Positions 39,978-50,857 of a DNA stretch of 64,000 bases are shown here, piece after piece. The notes beneath the pieces are model-generated. The model saw nothing but the letters and a program-made list of their open reading frames with translations, had not been told where the DNA came from and ran no database searches. The stretch is from Bdellovibrionales bacterium (lineage in GTDB: Bacteria; Bdellovibrionota; Bdellovibrionia; Bdellovibrionales; JAUICD01). Both the position numbers and the translations under genes were made by a program. The stretch covers positions 96,001 through 160,000 of the forward strand of contig CBDANC010000012.1 in the NCBI GenBank assembly GCA_965197425.1, read 5' to 3'. How positions within the stretch are numbered: position 1 is the stretch's first letter; each line of letters starts with the position of its first letter.

Positions 39978-40796
39978 ATGTTTTGTCGCGCAGTTATAAA
40001 TGGCAAAGAAACAAGTTCATTTAAGATTACGGTAGGCCAGAAAGCTTTAATAAAATGTGACAACCCTATCGATTTCAATAATGCCTCATTATTTTATGCT
40101 GGCCACAAATACCCTCTAGTTATTTTAAATATAAATAAAAATTCAATGGAGGTTACTTCTTATTTGGTAGGAAAATATCCTGAAGGATCACTTCGACTTA
40201 TAGGTGATGGCGCAAATATTCCTATTAAAGGATTTTCCTGGGAGACAGTTTCCTCTATACAAGGCACCGAACCCTTTCCTGCTAAAGGAATGATGAATTT
40301 ACAACTTCCAATTTTACAGATAATTGGTATATCTATTTTTCTTCTAGCTACAATAGTAGCATCTATGCTTTTTGTAAAAAGTAAAAGAAGGTTAAAGAAG
40401 GATATAGATAGCATAAAAAAACTAAAGTCTGTAAGATCTCCAATAGATGAGCTGCAATATAAAATTAAACATCATGAAAGACATTTTTTATTAACTCAAA
40501 ATCATTTGGTTTTTATAAAAAACCTACAAAGAGAGCTTAAACTCTACCTAGCAAGAGAGCTTGAAATACCGTTTCACATATGGACTATAAAAAAATGTAT
40601 TGTATTTTTAAAAAAGAAAAATTTATCTTATTTTAATAAATTCTCGAAAAAAATAATTTTGCATTTAAATGAACTTCAGGTTTTATTACATAAAAATTTA
40701 AAAAGTTTATCAGAAGAGGAAGCATACGATCTGTCAGAAAAAATAAGTGCTTTTTCTTCTAAAATACATGATTTTGTAAGGGGTCGCTTCAAATGA
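39978..40796 (+). CDS. Membrane protein of the Bat operon
   Basis: Single TM segment; lies between DUF58 and BatA. Confidence 0.6.
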   Translation: MFCRAVINGKETSSFKITVGQKALIKCDNPIDFNNASLFYAGHKYPLVILNINKNSMEVTSYLVGKYPEGSLRLIGDGANIPIKGFSWETVSSIQGTEPFPAKGMMNLQLPILQIIGISIFLLATIVASMLFVKSKRRLKKDIDSIKKLKSVRSPIDELQYKIKHHERHFLLTQNHLVFIKNLQRELKLYLARELEIPFHIWTIKKCIVFLKKKNLSYFNKFSKKIILHLNELQVLLHKNLKSLSEEEAYDLSEKISAFSSKIHDFVRGRFK

Positions 40797-41767
40797 TTTG
40801 GCATTCCCCTATTTGGTTCTTAGTTATACCTATTATCATAGGCTGTTTTTTTATAGTTGGTAAGAAGGGAAGTTTACAGTTTAGTTATATTGGAGCATCA
40901 CCTAAAAGTTTAGTATCTAAGTTTCCTGGTTTTTTAAAATTTTTAAGTTTAATCTTTTTAGTTTTAGCACTTGCTAGACCTAAGGTTGTAGATAATGACT
41001 ATAAGGACGACATACTTGGTATCGACATCATATTTGCTCTAGATATATCTGCGTCTATGTTAGCAAGAGATATGGGGGCTTCCAATAGGTTAGAGGCTGC
41101 AAAGACAACCATTGCAAATTTTATTAACAATAGGACTTCTGATAGAATGGGTCTTTTATTATTTGCAGCGGAAAGTTTTACCGAAGTTCCGGCTACAACA
41201 GATTATTCACTATTGCTAAATAAACTTTACTTGGTTGAAACAGATGATTTTATAAAAGCTGGTACTGCTATTGGAGTAGCTGTTGCTAACTCAGTAGCTA
41301 GGCTTAAATTTTCTGATGCAAAAACCAAGGTTATTATTTTATTAACAGATGGAGAGAATAACGCAGGAACAATTGATCCAGTACTGGCACTGGATATTGC
41401 TAAAAAGCATAATGTTAAGATATACACAATAGGTATTGGAACCGAAGGAATGGCAACCATACCCATTATTCAAAAAAATCCAATTACAAATAAAAGTTAT
41501 AAACTTTATACAACTATATATACTAAGGTTAACACAGAGCTTTTAAAAAAACTTGCTAAAGAAACAGATGGAAAGTTTTATAGAGCAATAGATGAAGAAA
41601 GTTTATCTGATATATTTAGTGAAATTGATTCTTTAGAAAAAACAAAAATTTCAACCTCTACTATGACCAAATATAAAGAACTTTTCTATATACCTTTAGT
41701 TATAGGATTTGTTTTATTTTCTATTTCACTTATCTTAAAACACTCAATACTTAGGTTGTGGCCATGA
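40793..41767 (+). CDS. batA: VWA protein, BatA-like
   Basis: LARP, DISASM, GTAIG, LTDGENN. Confidence 0.85.
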   Translation: MIWHSPIWFLVIPIIIGCFFIVGKKGSLQFSYIGASPKSLVSKFPGFLKFLSLIFLVLALARPKVVDNDYKDDILGIDIIFALDISASMLARDMGASNRLEAAKTTIANFINNRTSDRMGLLLFAAESFTEVPATTDYSLLLNKLYLVETDDFIKAGTAIGVAVANSVARLKFSDAKTKVIILLTDGENNAGTIDPVLALDIAKKHNVKIYTIGIGTEGMATIPIIQKNPITNKSYKLYTTIYTKVNTELLKKLAKETDGKFYRAIDEESLSDIFSEIDSLEKTKISTSTMTKYKELFYIPLVIGFVLFSISLILKHSILRLWP

Positions 41768-42768
41768 AATTTGAATATGAAAATGTATTTTATTTGTTAA
41801 TAGTTGCAGCGATTGTCTCTATAGCTTGTTATGCTTATTTAGATAGAAAACAAAAAATAATTTCAAAACATTTTGCTTATTTTAAAGAGCTTACATCTTC
41901 TGTGTTAGCAAGAAGAAGGCTCAAAGTGGCGTTAGAACTTTTGGCTTTAGTATTAGTTATATTTGGATTAGCGAGGCCCCAGATGGGTACTAGAAGTGAA
42001 ATGGTAAAAAAAGCTATAGGTACAGACATAATTTTAGCAATAGATGTTTCAAACAGCATGTTGACAGATGATATGAAGCCTTCCAGATTGGATCTGGCTA
42101 AAAAAACACTGGTTAGAATTACAGAAAGTTTGAAAGAGCATAGAATTGGTATTATTGCTTTTGCTGGTACAGCTACGGTAATATCACCTCTCACAAATGA
42201 TATTTTAGCTCTAAAAATGTACATTGACTCTATTTCTACCACTAGTGTTGATACACAAGGTACCAACTGGATATCAGCGTTGAAACTTGCACACGACAAT
42301 TTTAAACAAAATTCTAAGGACAAAAAAACTGCGGAAACTCCGCTTGTAATTGTACTAATATCAGATGGCGGAATTAACACAAATGATAAAGGCAAGTTTG
42401 ATTTTTTAAAAAAAGACAATATAGTGGTGCATACAATTGGAGTGGGAGGTTTAAGCAAAGTTCCCATTCCCAATTTAGATAAAGGACAACCTCAAGGTTA
42501 TAAAAAAGACTCTAAAGGTGAAATTGTCCTAACCAAAAGGGAAGATGGTTTGTTAAAAGACATTTCAAATGCTACTGATGGCAAACACTATATTGCAAGC
42601 TTTGATGGTAGTGAAATAGACAAACTATCTAACAATTTTAAATTAGGTTTAGGTAGCAAAGAAGATGTTTATTATTCATACAATGAATGGTACCAATATT
42701 TCATTGCCTTAGCATTATTTTTAATTTTACTAGAAGTGTTAATTTCTGATCTTAGGAAAAAAACCTAA
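41758..42768 (+). CDS. batB: VWA protein, BatB-like
   Basis: LARPQMG, DVSNSM, PSRL, ISDG. Confidence 0.82.
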   Translation: MAMKFEYENVFYLLIVAAIVSIACYAYLDRKQKIISKHFAYFKELTSSVLARRRLKVALELLALVLVIFGLARPQMGTRSEMVKKAIGTDIILAIDVSNSMLTDDMKPSRLDLAKKTLVRITESLKEHRIGIIAFAGTATVISPLTNDILALKMYIDSISTTSVDTQGTNWISALKLAHDNFKQNSKDKKTAETPLVIVLISDGGINTNDKGKFDFLKKDNIVVHTIGVGGLSKVPIPNLDKGQPQGYKKDSKGEIVLTKREDGLLKDISNATDGKHYIASFDGSEIDKLSNNFKLGLGSKEDVYYSYNEWYQYFIALALFLILLEVLISDLRKKT

Positions 42769-42836
42769 TGTTTATGTTTGATACTCTAGTATGTTATATT
42801 GACAGTATTAATTAACAATTTTAGTGTAATTAAACC

Positions 42837-43550
42837 GTGGAATTTATAAAAAATAATTTTTATATATTTATTTTTCTGTTTGTATCGACAGTTACAAGCC
42901 CTATAGATGCAAACCTGGCAGATATTATAAAACACAATAAATTATCTAAATCTCTTGATAAAGAGGACTATGAGATAACACCTGAAGATGAGAATCTTAT
43001 CTTTGATTTAATAGAAAAAGATGAAAGTATTATGCAGTATAATTTAGGTGTTTTATATTTAAAGAAAAAACAAATAAACCTGGCTAAAAAGCAGTTTCAA
43101 TATGTAGTAGAAGAGCAAAATAATGCCAGTCCAAAAGCGCGCTTACAGGCTACATTTAACATGGGTGTTATTTTGTCAAAAGAGCAAAGTATAGATGAAG
43201 CCATATCATATTATCAAAAAGTCTTAGACATTGATCCGGAGCATGTGGAGGCAAAACATAATATAGAATTACTTCTCAAACAATCAGGTGGGCAAGAAAA
43301 CAGTCAACCGGATAAACAGGCAGACAAGCAGTCGGGAAATCAGGCAAACGGGCAAGACAAGAACAAAGATACAAATGATACTTCAGGTGATGTGCAAAAA
43401 GATGGTGCTGGCAACAATAATGAAATGTTACCAAATCAAACATTAAGTGATGAGGAAGAAGAAGCCATTTTAAATGAATTAATAAGACAGGAAAATGAAA
43501 TTAGAAAAAGGCAGAGACGCCCTATCAAAAACACTAATAAAGATTGGTAA
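42837..43550 (+). CDS. TPR protein, BatC-like
   Basis: YNLG, AISYYQKVLDIDP, low-complexity linker, terminal KDW. Confidence 0.78.
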   Translation: MEFIKNNFYIFIFLFVSTVTSPIDANLADIIKHNKLSKSLDKEDYEITPEDENLIFDLIEKDESIMQYNLGVLYLKKKQINLAKKQFQYVVEEQNNASPKARLQATFNMGVILSKEQSIDEAISYYQKVLDIDPEHVEAKHNIELLLKQSGGQENSQPDKQADKQSGNQANGQDKNKDTNDTSGDVQKDGAGNNNEMLPNQTLSDEEEEAILNELIRQENEIRKRQRRPIKNTNKDW

Positions 43551-45244
43551 ATAGAATGGCAAAATATTTATTTCTAATAATTTTAAGTGTTACGCACGCA
43601 AATGATATAAATGTAGAAGCTAAAGTTATAAATAACTATGTAAGACCTGGAGACAAAGTTCATTATGACATAACTATAAAGTATAAAGATAGCGAAATAA
43701 CTATAGAAGAACCTACAGTAAGTAATATGGAAGGTTTGACCTTAGAACAGGAACACACAAGTTCTGGATCACATACAAGTATTATCAACGGTGCTTTTAA
43801 CTCACAAAAAACCAAAACTTTTTCATATACATTTGGCACAAATAAAGAAGGAAAATTTACAATACCTTCATACGAAGTTTTGGCTGATAACAAACCATTC
43901 TTCACAGATGAGATAGAAATTAATGTGTCAAATAGTGCTCCTCAAAAAAGCAATAGATTTTTTAATCAACCCTTTTTTCAAGATTTTTTTGATAATGAAA
44001 ACAAACTCTTTAACCTCTTTAGAGACAATGAAATAGAAGAAGATGAAATTTTTATCAGGGCTCAAACTGATAAAACAAATGTCTATATAGGCGAAAGGGT
44101 ACAGGCTTCTTGGTATTTATACACAACACAAAATGTTCATAACATATCTCATTTAAAACACCCTACCCTCGAGGGATTTTGGAAAGAAGATATAGAAATA
44201 CCAACAAAACTCAGTTTTCAACAAGAAGTTATAAATAATAAAAGATATAACAAGGCACTTTTGTTTAGATATGATCTTTTTCCTCTTAAAACAGGTGAGC
44301 TTTATATAGATGAATATAGAGCAAGATATACAATGTTTTTTCAAAAAAAATATGTAAGAGAAAGTGAAAAAATAAAAATTAATGTTTCAAAACTACCACA
44401 AGAAGGAAAACCAGATGGATTCAATAACACTGTAGGTGAATATAATATTCACCTAAAAAGAATGCCAAGTCAGGTGGAAACTAACACACCTTTTAACTAT
44501 ACAATTGTAATCGATGGTTATGGAAATATAAATAAACTAACATTACCAGATATAAACTTTCAGCCACTAAAAGTATATGATGCCCTCGAAAATGCTCATT
44601 ACGAAACGAGAGCCCCTGATCAAGGAAGAGGATTTAAGGAGTTTGAACACCTGCTTATAGCACAAAAAAAAGGAAAGTATATTCTGCCTGAAATACAATT
44701 TAGTTTCTTTAGCCCTAAACAAAAAAAATACATAACACAATCAATTCCATCTGTAGAGCTAATTGCAACAGGAGAAGATTTTGTTAAAACTTACGAAGAT
44801 GAAACTGACAGACCAAATGAATTACCTTACTTTGAAACCTCAATTGGCAATAACTGGTTTGATAATAAATATGTAACAATACTCCTTGCTATGATTTTGT
44901 TCGTGTTTGTATTAACAAAAAGCTTAATAGCACCAAAAAAACCAATCTCTACAACAATCCTTGATAAAATAAAAAAATTAGCTAACACAAAAGAACCGGA
45001 TAGACTATCAGTTTTAGCTTTAGATATAATATCTCACCTCTTAAGAGAAATAACAGGTTCAAATAATCCCATAAACTCAGAGCTTGTGCAACTTATCCCC
45101 ATTTCAAAAAAGCATCTAAAACCTAAGTTTAAAGAATTAATATTCTATTTTGAAAAACTAGCGTTTTTTACCAATCCTAATGTGGAATTGAAAGAATTAA
45201 ATAAAAATATAAAACTATTAATAGCTCTAAGCAAATTAATCTAA
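43544..45244 (+). CDS. BatD-like protein
   Basis: Repeated beta domains, VYIGE, PLKTG, FFSP; operon position. Confidence 0.78.
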   Translation: MVNRMAKYLFLIILSVTHANDINVEAKVINNYVRPGDKVHYDITIKYKDSEITIEEPTVSNMEGLTLEQEHTSSGSHTSIINGAFNSQKTKTFSYTFGTNKEGKFTIPSYEVLADNKPFFTDEIEINVSNSAPQKSNRFFNQPFFQDFFDNENKLFNLFRDNEIEEDEIFIRAQTDKTNVYIGERVQASWYLYTTQNVHNISHLKHPTLEGFWKEDIEIPTKLSFQQEVINNKRYNKALLFRYDLFPLKTGELYIDEYRARYTMFFQKKYVRESEKIKINVSKLPQEGKPDGFNNTVGEYNIHLKRMPSQVETNTPFNYTIVIDGYGNINKLTLPDINFQPLKVYDALENAHYETRAPDQGRGFKEFEHLLIAQKKGKYILPEIQFSFFSPKQKKYITQSIPSVELIATGEDFVKTYEDETDRPNELPYFETSIGNNWFDNKYVTILLAMILFVFVLTKSLIAPKKPISTTILDKIKKLANTKEPDRLSVLALDIISHLLREITGSNNPINSELVQLIPISKKHLKPKFKELIFYFEKLAFFTNPNVELKELNKNIKLLIALSKLI

Positions 45245-46207
45245 ATCTACCGTTTTTATAAATTCCAACATATGACTATGCCAATTACATTCAAAAGACA
45301 TTTCAAAAACTTTAGTTGGATGAGCAAATCTTATATACGCAGAATGAAGGGCTATTTGAGATAAACCTTCTATTAAGGCTTGTATGTCTTTATCTTTTAC
45401 TTTTCTTTTACCAGCATATACTCTATCCCCTACTACGGGATACCCCACCTCGGACAAATGTACTCTGATTTGATGCGTTCTACCTGTCTCCAACTTTAGT
45501 TTAAGTAATGACAATTCGTCTCTTGTCTTTAAAACTTCATAATTGGTTATGGCAAGTTTACCTTTACCACTTAATTTATCATTATCTGATTTAAAAATTT
45601 TTCTGTTTCCAGGGTGTCTTATTAGCCTTGATTCAATTCTACCCACTTTATTTTTTGGTTCACCGTAAACTAAGGCAAGATAGTGCCTCAAAATAGTTCT
45701 CTTCTCAAATTGTCTTGCTAAACTTATATGAGACTTATCATTTTTAGCTACCAATAAAAGCCCACTTGTATCTTTATCCAACCTATGTACAATCCCAGGC
45801 CTTGTGCTAATAGATCCAGAAGATAAACTTTTTTTGTGATAAATAAGTGCATTAACCAATGTATCTGAAACATGGCCTGCCCCCGGATGTACCACAAGTC
45901 CACCTGGCTTGTTAATAATCATCAAATCATCATCTTCAAACAAAATATTTAAGTCTATTTTGTATGGTTCTAAATATTCGTCGTGACTACTTTGATCTAA
46001 AAAATTAATATCAAAACGATCACCCTGAACTACTCTGTAAGAAGCCTTACAGATTTTGCCATTGACCAACACCAATTTGTTTTTAAATAAGCTTAAGGCC
46101 TTTGATCTAGAATCAAAGGGTGCATTTTCATACACAAACACATCTGCTCTTAAACCAGTGTCTTGCTCTGAGACCACAACACTAATACTACGATTTGTGC
46201 TATTCAC
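45236..46207 (-). CDS. rluD: RluA/RluD-family pseudouridine synthase with S4 domain
   Basis: RPGIVHRLDKDTSG, LETGRTHQIRVH. Confidence 0.92.
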   Translation of the reverse strand: MNSTNRSISVVVSEQDTGLRADVFVYENAPFDSRSKALSLFKNKLVLVNGKICKASYRVVQGDRFDINFLDQSSHDEYLEPYKIDLNILFEDDDLMIINKPGGLVVHPGAGHVSDTLVNALIYHKKSLSSGSISTRPGIVHRLDKDTSGLLLVAKNDKSHISLARQFEKRTILRHYLALVYGEPKNKVGRIESRLIRHPGNRKIFKSDNDKLSGKGKLAITNYEVLKTRDELSLLKLKLETGRTHQIRVHLSEVGYPVVGDRVYAGKRKVKDKDIQALIEGLSQIALHSAYIRFAHPTKVFEMSFECNWHSHMLEFIKTVDLD

Positions 46208-46210
46208 TAA

Positions 46211-46771
46211 TTATCCAGAACTAGATGCTTTTATGATCATATAAGAAGCTACAACTTTTTTTGAATCCAAGTTTAACGCCTTCGCATACTGATGCAAAAA
46301 ACCTCTTAAATAAATGTTAGTAGAAGGAAGTTTATTGTATTCATGATTTTCAATTGCCTCTAAAAATTCTTTTTTTATTTTGGTAAAATCCGACAATTCA
46401 TTAAGAGTAATATTTTTGTATGTTCTTATAAGTTTTAAAAACTTACCATCGAACTCAGCTTGACACTCTATTTTGTGTTCAAAATCAAAATCTCTTTTAT
46501 ACTTGCTTTTTAAAAAATCTCCTTTCTTTTTAAACCTAAGTGTCTCATAGGCTTCGCAGACAAGTTTTGATAATTCATCGATTTCATCTAAAGTTAAAAA
46601 CTCACGCAAATAAATGTTATTCCTTGTATAAATACTCCTAGCATTTTTATACGCAAGTTCTATTTCATAATCAGATGCCCCCACAGATATATCTAAAATA
46701 TCCAGATACATCTTTGCTAGCTTAGATGTAGTGTTAGGTGGTTTGTGATCTGTAAATATTAAAGCTTCCAT
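46211..46771 (-). CDS. J-domain-like plus RodZ-type HTH protein
   Basis: ILDISVGAS..EIELAY; LKLIR...IENHEY..LP...YLRGFL..YA..L. Confidence 0.65.
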   Translation of the reverse strand: MEALIFTDHKPPNTTSKLAKMYLDILDISVGASDYEIELAYKNARSIYTRNNIYLREFLTLDEIDELSKLVCEAYETLRFKKKGDFLKSKYKRDFDFEHKIECQAEFDGKFLKLIRTYKNITLNELSDFTKIKKEFLEAIENHEYNKLPSTNIYLRGFLHQYAKALNLDSKKVVASYMIIKASSSG

Positions 46772-46827
46772 AGCAAAATATTAATGCCCTATGGTTACAT
46801 GTGTTAAGCACATTCTCAAGCAAACTT

Positions 46828-46882
46828 ACCAAGGTCTTGCTCAGTTTCTTACCACTGATGCCGATCCTGTTACACTAAGGTC
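46828..46882 (-). repeat. Family A fragment overlapping the tsaB stop
   Basis: Reverse complement GACCTTAGTGTAACAGGATCGGCATCAG. Confidence 0.7.
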
Positions 46883-47561
46883 TAAACTTCTCTTCAGCAG
46901 AAGAAGCCCTTAAATATAAAGGCTCTGCATCGGTCCAAGAAACGAAACTATGTCCTCTCTCGTTAGAAGCTAAGCTTATTAAGGTTTCAGATGATGGATA
47001 CAGCTTTAACTGTTCAAAATTCTGGTAGCCTTCTAATATAAAATCATAAGAGCTTATCAAAATACCGTCCTGTAAACTTAACTCTGAGTCTAACCTAGAC
47101 TGAGACACCACACACGGGCTGATGACTTCTTCTAATTCAGGATGTTTTTTATCTACACTCAAATTATCACCTGATTTCTTTAGTAATTTATATTTTCCAA
47201 AGAAAAATTTTCCGGTAAATGCATTTTGCACAACATAGACATAACCAGAAGCGGTATTATAGTTAATCTGATTTGCTAAGAGTTTTATAGAACTACATAA
47301 ATACATTTGTAAATTATGTGAATAAGCTAATGTTCTAGCAGACCCCAATGCTACCCTTATACCTGTAAAACTACCAGGGCCTACATCCACTGCTATCAAA
47401 TCAATAGTAGAAAAATCACTTTTTAAACATTCATCCAAAGCTTTGGTAATACTCTCACTATGAGTTTTTGGGCTAGACCAAGAGACGGTTCTAATATCAT
47501 GGTTTAGCGAGAAACTAACACTTCCAACGCTTTCAGAACAAGTTATAGAAAGAATATTCAT
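46875..47561 (-). CDS. tsaB: t6A biosynthesis protein TsaB
   Basis: HSE, GPGSFTGIRV, PLYLR. Confidence 0.9.
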   Translation of the reverse strand: MNILSITCSESVGSVSFSLNHDIRTVSWSSPKTHSESITKALDECLKSDFSTIDLIAVDVGPGSFTGIRVALGSARTLAYSHNLQMYLCSSIKLLANQINYNTASGYVYVVQNAFTGKFFFGKYKLLKKSGDNLSVDKKHPELEEVISPCVVSQSRLDSELSLQDGILISSYDFILEGYQNFEQLKLYPSSETLISLASNERGHSFVSWTDAEPLYLRASSAEEKFRP

Positions 47562-47606
47562 CCCATACTCTCAAGCTTTAGCTATTTTGAAATTTTATAA
47601 AAACAG

Positions 47607-49271
47607 CTATTCGACAATTCTAGAAATATCATTAAAAATTGCAAAAGCCATTAAAGCTAGCAGGATAACCAAACCAATTTGCTGAGCAATCTCTAATTTT
47701 TTCATACTAACAGGAGTACCTCTCAAGGCTTCAATACTAAAAAACAACAAGTGACCACCATCTAATATAGGTACTGGTAGCATATTTATGACAAACAAGT
47801 TTATAGATATTATAGCCATTATTTTTAAAAAGTGATCCAACCCCATTTGAAATGTACGACTGGCAAGTTGCCCTATCATAATAGGACCACCTATTGCTCT
47901 AGCAGAAACCTTTTTTTGAACTAACTTAACAAAACTAAGTATGGTGAGTTTTGTCCATTTCCAAGTATCGGTAAACCCTTTCACTAACGCTTTAACAGGA
48001 TTTAAAGTTTTAACTAGTACAAATTTATCAGCAGCCAAGGCACCACCACCCATAACTCCAATTACAAAAGTTTCTTCCTTCGCTCCTGTTCTAGTAGTTT
48101 GATTCTTAGACTTAGCTTCAAGTTCAAACTTTTCAACATTACCATCTCTTAAAACTTCAATCGCTATAGGCTTGCCATCAAATTTTTGTATGTTCCCCAC
48201 CATATCAGACCATTTAGCAATATCTTGTCCATTCACACTTACTACCTTATCACCAGCTTGCAAACCAGAAGCACTAGCAGGAAGCCCCTCTACTACTTCA
48301 AATAAATATAACTCTGCACTTTCAATCCCTATACTTGCTACAGTTATAGGATAAATAGAAGGATCAACAGATACACTTTGTTCTACTTCCTTTCCATCTA
48401 TTGATCTTACATAATCTATATTTAATGTTGCTCCAGATTCAATTTTAGAAAGCTCTGACTCTAATTCATACCACCTTTCAATAGGCTTAGAATTAATAGC
48501 AGCAACCCGATCCAAACTCCTAAGCCCAGCCTGATCTGCAATTGAATTGGAGGTAACACCAACTTTGGCAAGTTTAGCTGTAAAACCTAATCCTTCAATA
48601 TCGCCTACCATTTCTTTTGAACTTAGGATATTAGGATTTTCAACCAAACTAGTAGTAGCAACTAAACTTTCTTCTAAATCAGAATCGTGCCGTTTTACAA
48701 CAAAAGTTAACTCGTCTGATTCTGTTGCCTCAATAACAGTTTTGACCTCTTCCCAAGTTGCAACATTTTTATCAGTGGCTTGGCCATCATTTACGGATAG
48801 AATAGTATCACCACTTCTAAAACCACTTTCATAAGCTTTACTACCCCGAGCTATATCTCCAACGATAGGACCTACAAAACTTTCTCCCAAAAAAGCAATC
48901 ATCATAAATAAAAATACAGCGAAGAACACATTCATAAGAGGACCAGCTAATACAATAGCAATCCTGTGTCCCACAGGCTTTAGCAAAAAAGCCTTGTCCT
49001 TATCTTTTTCAGGAATATTGTTAAAGTCATCACCATACATCTTGATATAACCACCAAGAGGAACAAGTGAAACACAATAGTTGGTATCACCTCTTTTAAA
49101 CTGCAGAATCTTCTTTCCAAAACCTAGACTAAATACCTCGACTCTTACACCATAATACTTGGCTACTAAAAAGTGACCTAATTCATGCACAAAAATCAAT
49201 AGGCCTAACAAAATCACCAGAGGCAAAATAAATGAAGCCCCCCCAAGTAGTAAATTAATTAACCATTCCAT
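47607..49271 (-). CDS. rseP: RIP metalloprotease RseP (three PDZ-like domains)
   Basis: HELGH, PLGGY, AGP..N, NMLPVPILDGG. Confidence 0.95.
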   Translation of the reverse strand: MEWLINLLLGGASFILPLVILLGLLIFVHELGHFLVAKYYGVRVEVFSLGFGKKILQFKRGDTNYCVSLVPLGGYIKMYGDDFNNIPEKDKDKAFLLKPVGHRIAIVLAGPLMNVFFAVFLFMMIAFLGESFVGPIVGDIARGSKAYESGFRSGDTILSVNDGQATDKNVATWEEVKTVIEATESDELTFVVKRHDSDLEESLVATTSLVENPNILSSKEMVGDIEGLGFTAKLAKVGVTSNSIADQAGLRSLDRVAAINSKPIERWYELESELSKIESGATLNIDYVRSIDGKEVEQSVSVDPSIYPITVASIGIESAELYLFEVVEGLPASASGLQAGDKVVSVNGQDIAKWSDMVGNIQKFDGKPIAIEVLRDGNVEKFELEAKSKNQTTRTGAKEETFVIGVMGGGALAADKFVLVKTLNPVKALVKGFTDTWKWTKLTILSFVKLVQKKVSARAIGGPIMIGQLASRTFQMGLDHFLKIMAIISINLFVINMLPVPILDGGHLLFFSIEALRGTPVSMKKLEIAQQIGLVILLALMAFAIFNDISRIVE

Positions 49272-49324
49272 AGCTAAAAACCCCTATCCTCTCTAATACA
49301 GATAAAAAGACTAACTCTAACCAA

Positions 49325-50149
49325 TCAAGTATGCAAGCTAGTTATCAGCCAAAACATAACAGGAATGGATAACAATAAACTATCTATCCTATCCAACATA
49401 CCACCATGACCAGGTAATATACGACCAGAATCCTTGATCCTAGCATCTCTTTTAATAAGAGACTCAAATAAATCTCCAATCTGACCAACAACACCACACA
49501 TAATACAAACTAATAAAAACAACCAAAATTCAACTTGCAACTTGAGTACAACATAACAAAAAACTCCAGCGAATATACTACCAAAAAAACCACCAAAAAA
49601 ACCTTCCCAAGACTTATTAGGAGAAATAATTACAGAAATCTTGTGCTTCCCCCACTTTGTTCCGGAAAAGTAAGCCACAATGTCGTACATAAGAGTAACG
49701 CATGCAAGTGTAAAACACCATTTCAATCCATCTACACCATTTAGTATTTTTATAAAAAAGTATGTAGGAAAACCAATGTATAAAACACCAAAGAAAAAAC
49801 TCATTATATCAAATACAGCCTTGTCCAGTTTACCTACTCTGGTAACCTTGAAGAGAAAGCCAATCAAATGCACAACATAGATTGATACTATAAGAGAAAA
49901 CCAAAGTTTATTCCCAATTACATCCTGAATAACAATCAACAAAATTGCCAGAATAAATAAAGCCTTCATAAAATGATCGATAAAACTATTACTTGGAGCA
50001 AAGGTTATTTTTGCAAACTCAATAGATGCTATTACACTGATTAAAACTAGGCTTAAACCTAAACCAAAAACCCCTAAAGTCAGATAAAATAAGGTCAACA
50101 CCACTAGCAACGAAGTTGCAGAAATTATTCTAACTTTCGTGATGTTCAC
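49325..50149 (-). CDS. cdsA: Phosphatidate cytidylyltransferase
   Basis: SPNKSWEG, GDLFESLIKR, KDSG.ILPGHGGMLDRIDS. Confidence 0.96.
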   Translation of the reverse strand: MNITKVRIISATSLLVVLTLFYLTLGVFGLGLSLVLISVIASIEFAKITFAPSNSFIDHFMKALFILAILLIVIQDVIGNKLWFSLIVSIYVVHLIGFLFKVTRVGKLDKAVFDIMSFFFGVLYIGFPTYFFIKILNGVDGLKWCFTLACVTLMYDIVAYFSGTKWGKHKISVIISPNKSWEGFFGGFFGSIFAGVFCYVVLKLQVEFWLFLLVCIMCGVVGQIGDLFESLIKRDARIKDSGRILPGHGGMLDRIDSLLLSIPVMFWLITSLHT

Positions 50150-50831
50150 CTAAACCCCACTTTCTATCTCTAGCCTGAAACCAGGATATAGTATTATCTA
50201 AATCTTCTTTTGTAAATTCTGGCCACATCTTTTTGCAAAAAAAAATTTCAGCATATGTCGACTGCCAAAGCAAAAAATTAGACAACCTTTGCTCCCCACC
50301 TGTTCTAATTATCAGATCGGGATCAGGTAAATTATGTGTATATAAAAAACTGGAAAATAAACTCTCATCTAACTTAGTAACATTAACTGAACTCTTAAAT
50401 AAATTTTTTATAGCGTGTACAATTTCTTCTCTAGCACCATAATTGAGTGCTAAAGTTAAGGTAACCCCAGTATTGTTACAAGTTTTCTCTAAAGCTTGTT
50501 CAATCTTTTGTTTTATTTTTTCTTCAAACTTTTCTACATTACCTATAGTATTTAATTTTATATTGTGTTTCATCAAAGTATCTATCTCATGGGTTAAGTA
50601 ATGCTCCAGTATACTCATTAACACCTTTAGCTCACTTTTTTGTCTCCCCCAATTTTCAGTGCTAAAAGCATAAAGAGTTATGTAGGGTATTTTGCGATCA
50701 AAAGCCAATTCCATTACATCTTTAATGGAAGAGGCCCCCTTGGTGTAGCCTTCCATATAAGACAGACTATTTTTTTTAGCCCACCTTCTATTACCATCCA
50801 TTATGATTGCGATATGCTTTAGACAGTTCAA
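50130..50831 (-). CDS. uppS: Undecaprenyl diphosphate synthase
   Basis: IMDGNRRWA, FSTENW, RLSNFLLWQ. Confidence 0.97.
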   Translation of the reverse strand: MNCLKHIAIIMDGNRRWAKKNSLSYMEGYTKGASSIKDVMELAFDRKIPYITLYAFSTENWGRQKSELKVLMSILEHYLTHEIDTLMKHNIKLNTIGNVEKFEEKIKQKIEQALEKTCNNTGVTLTLALNYGAREEIVHAIKNLFKSSVNVTKLDESLFSSFLYTHNLPDPDLIIRTGGEQRLSNFLLWQSTYAEIFFCKKMWPEFTKEDLDNTISWFQARDRKWGLGEHHES

Positions 50832-50857
50832 TGGATATGTCCTTTATGATCTAAAAA

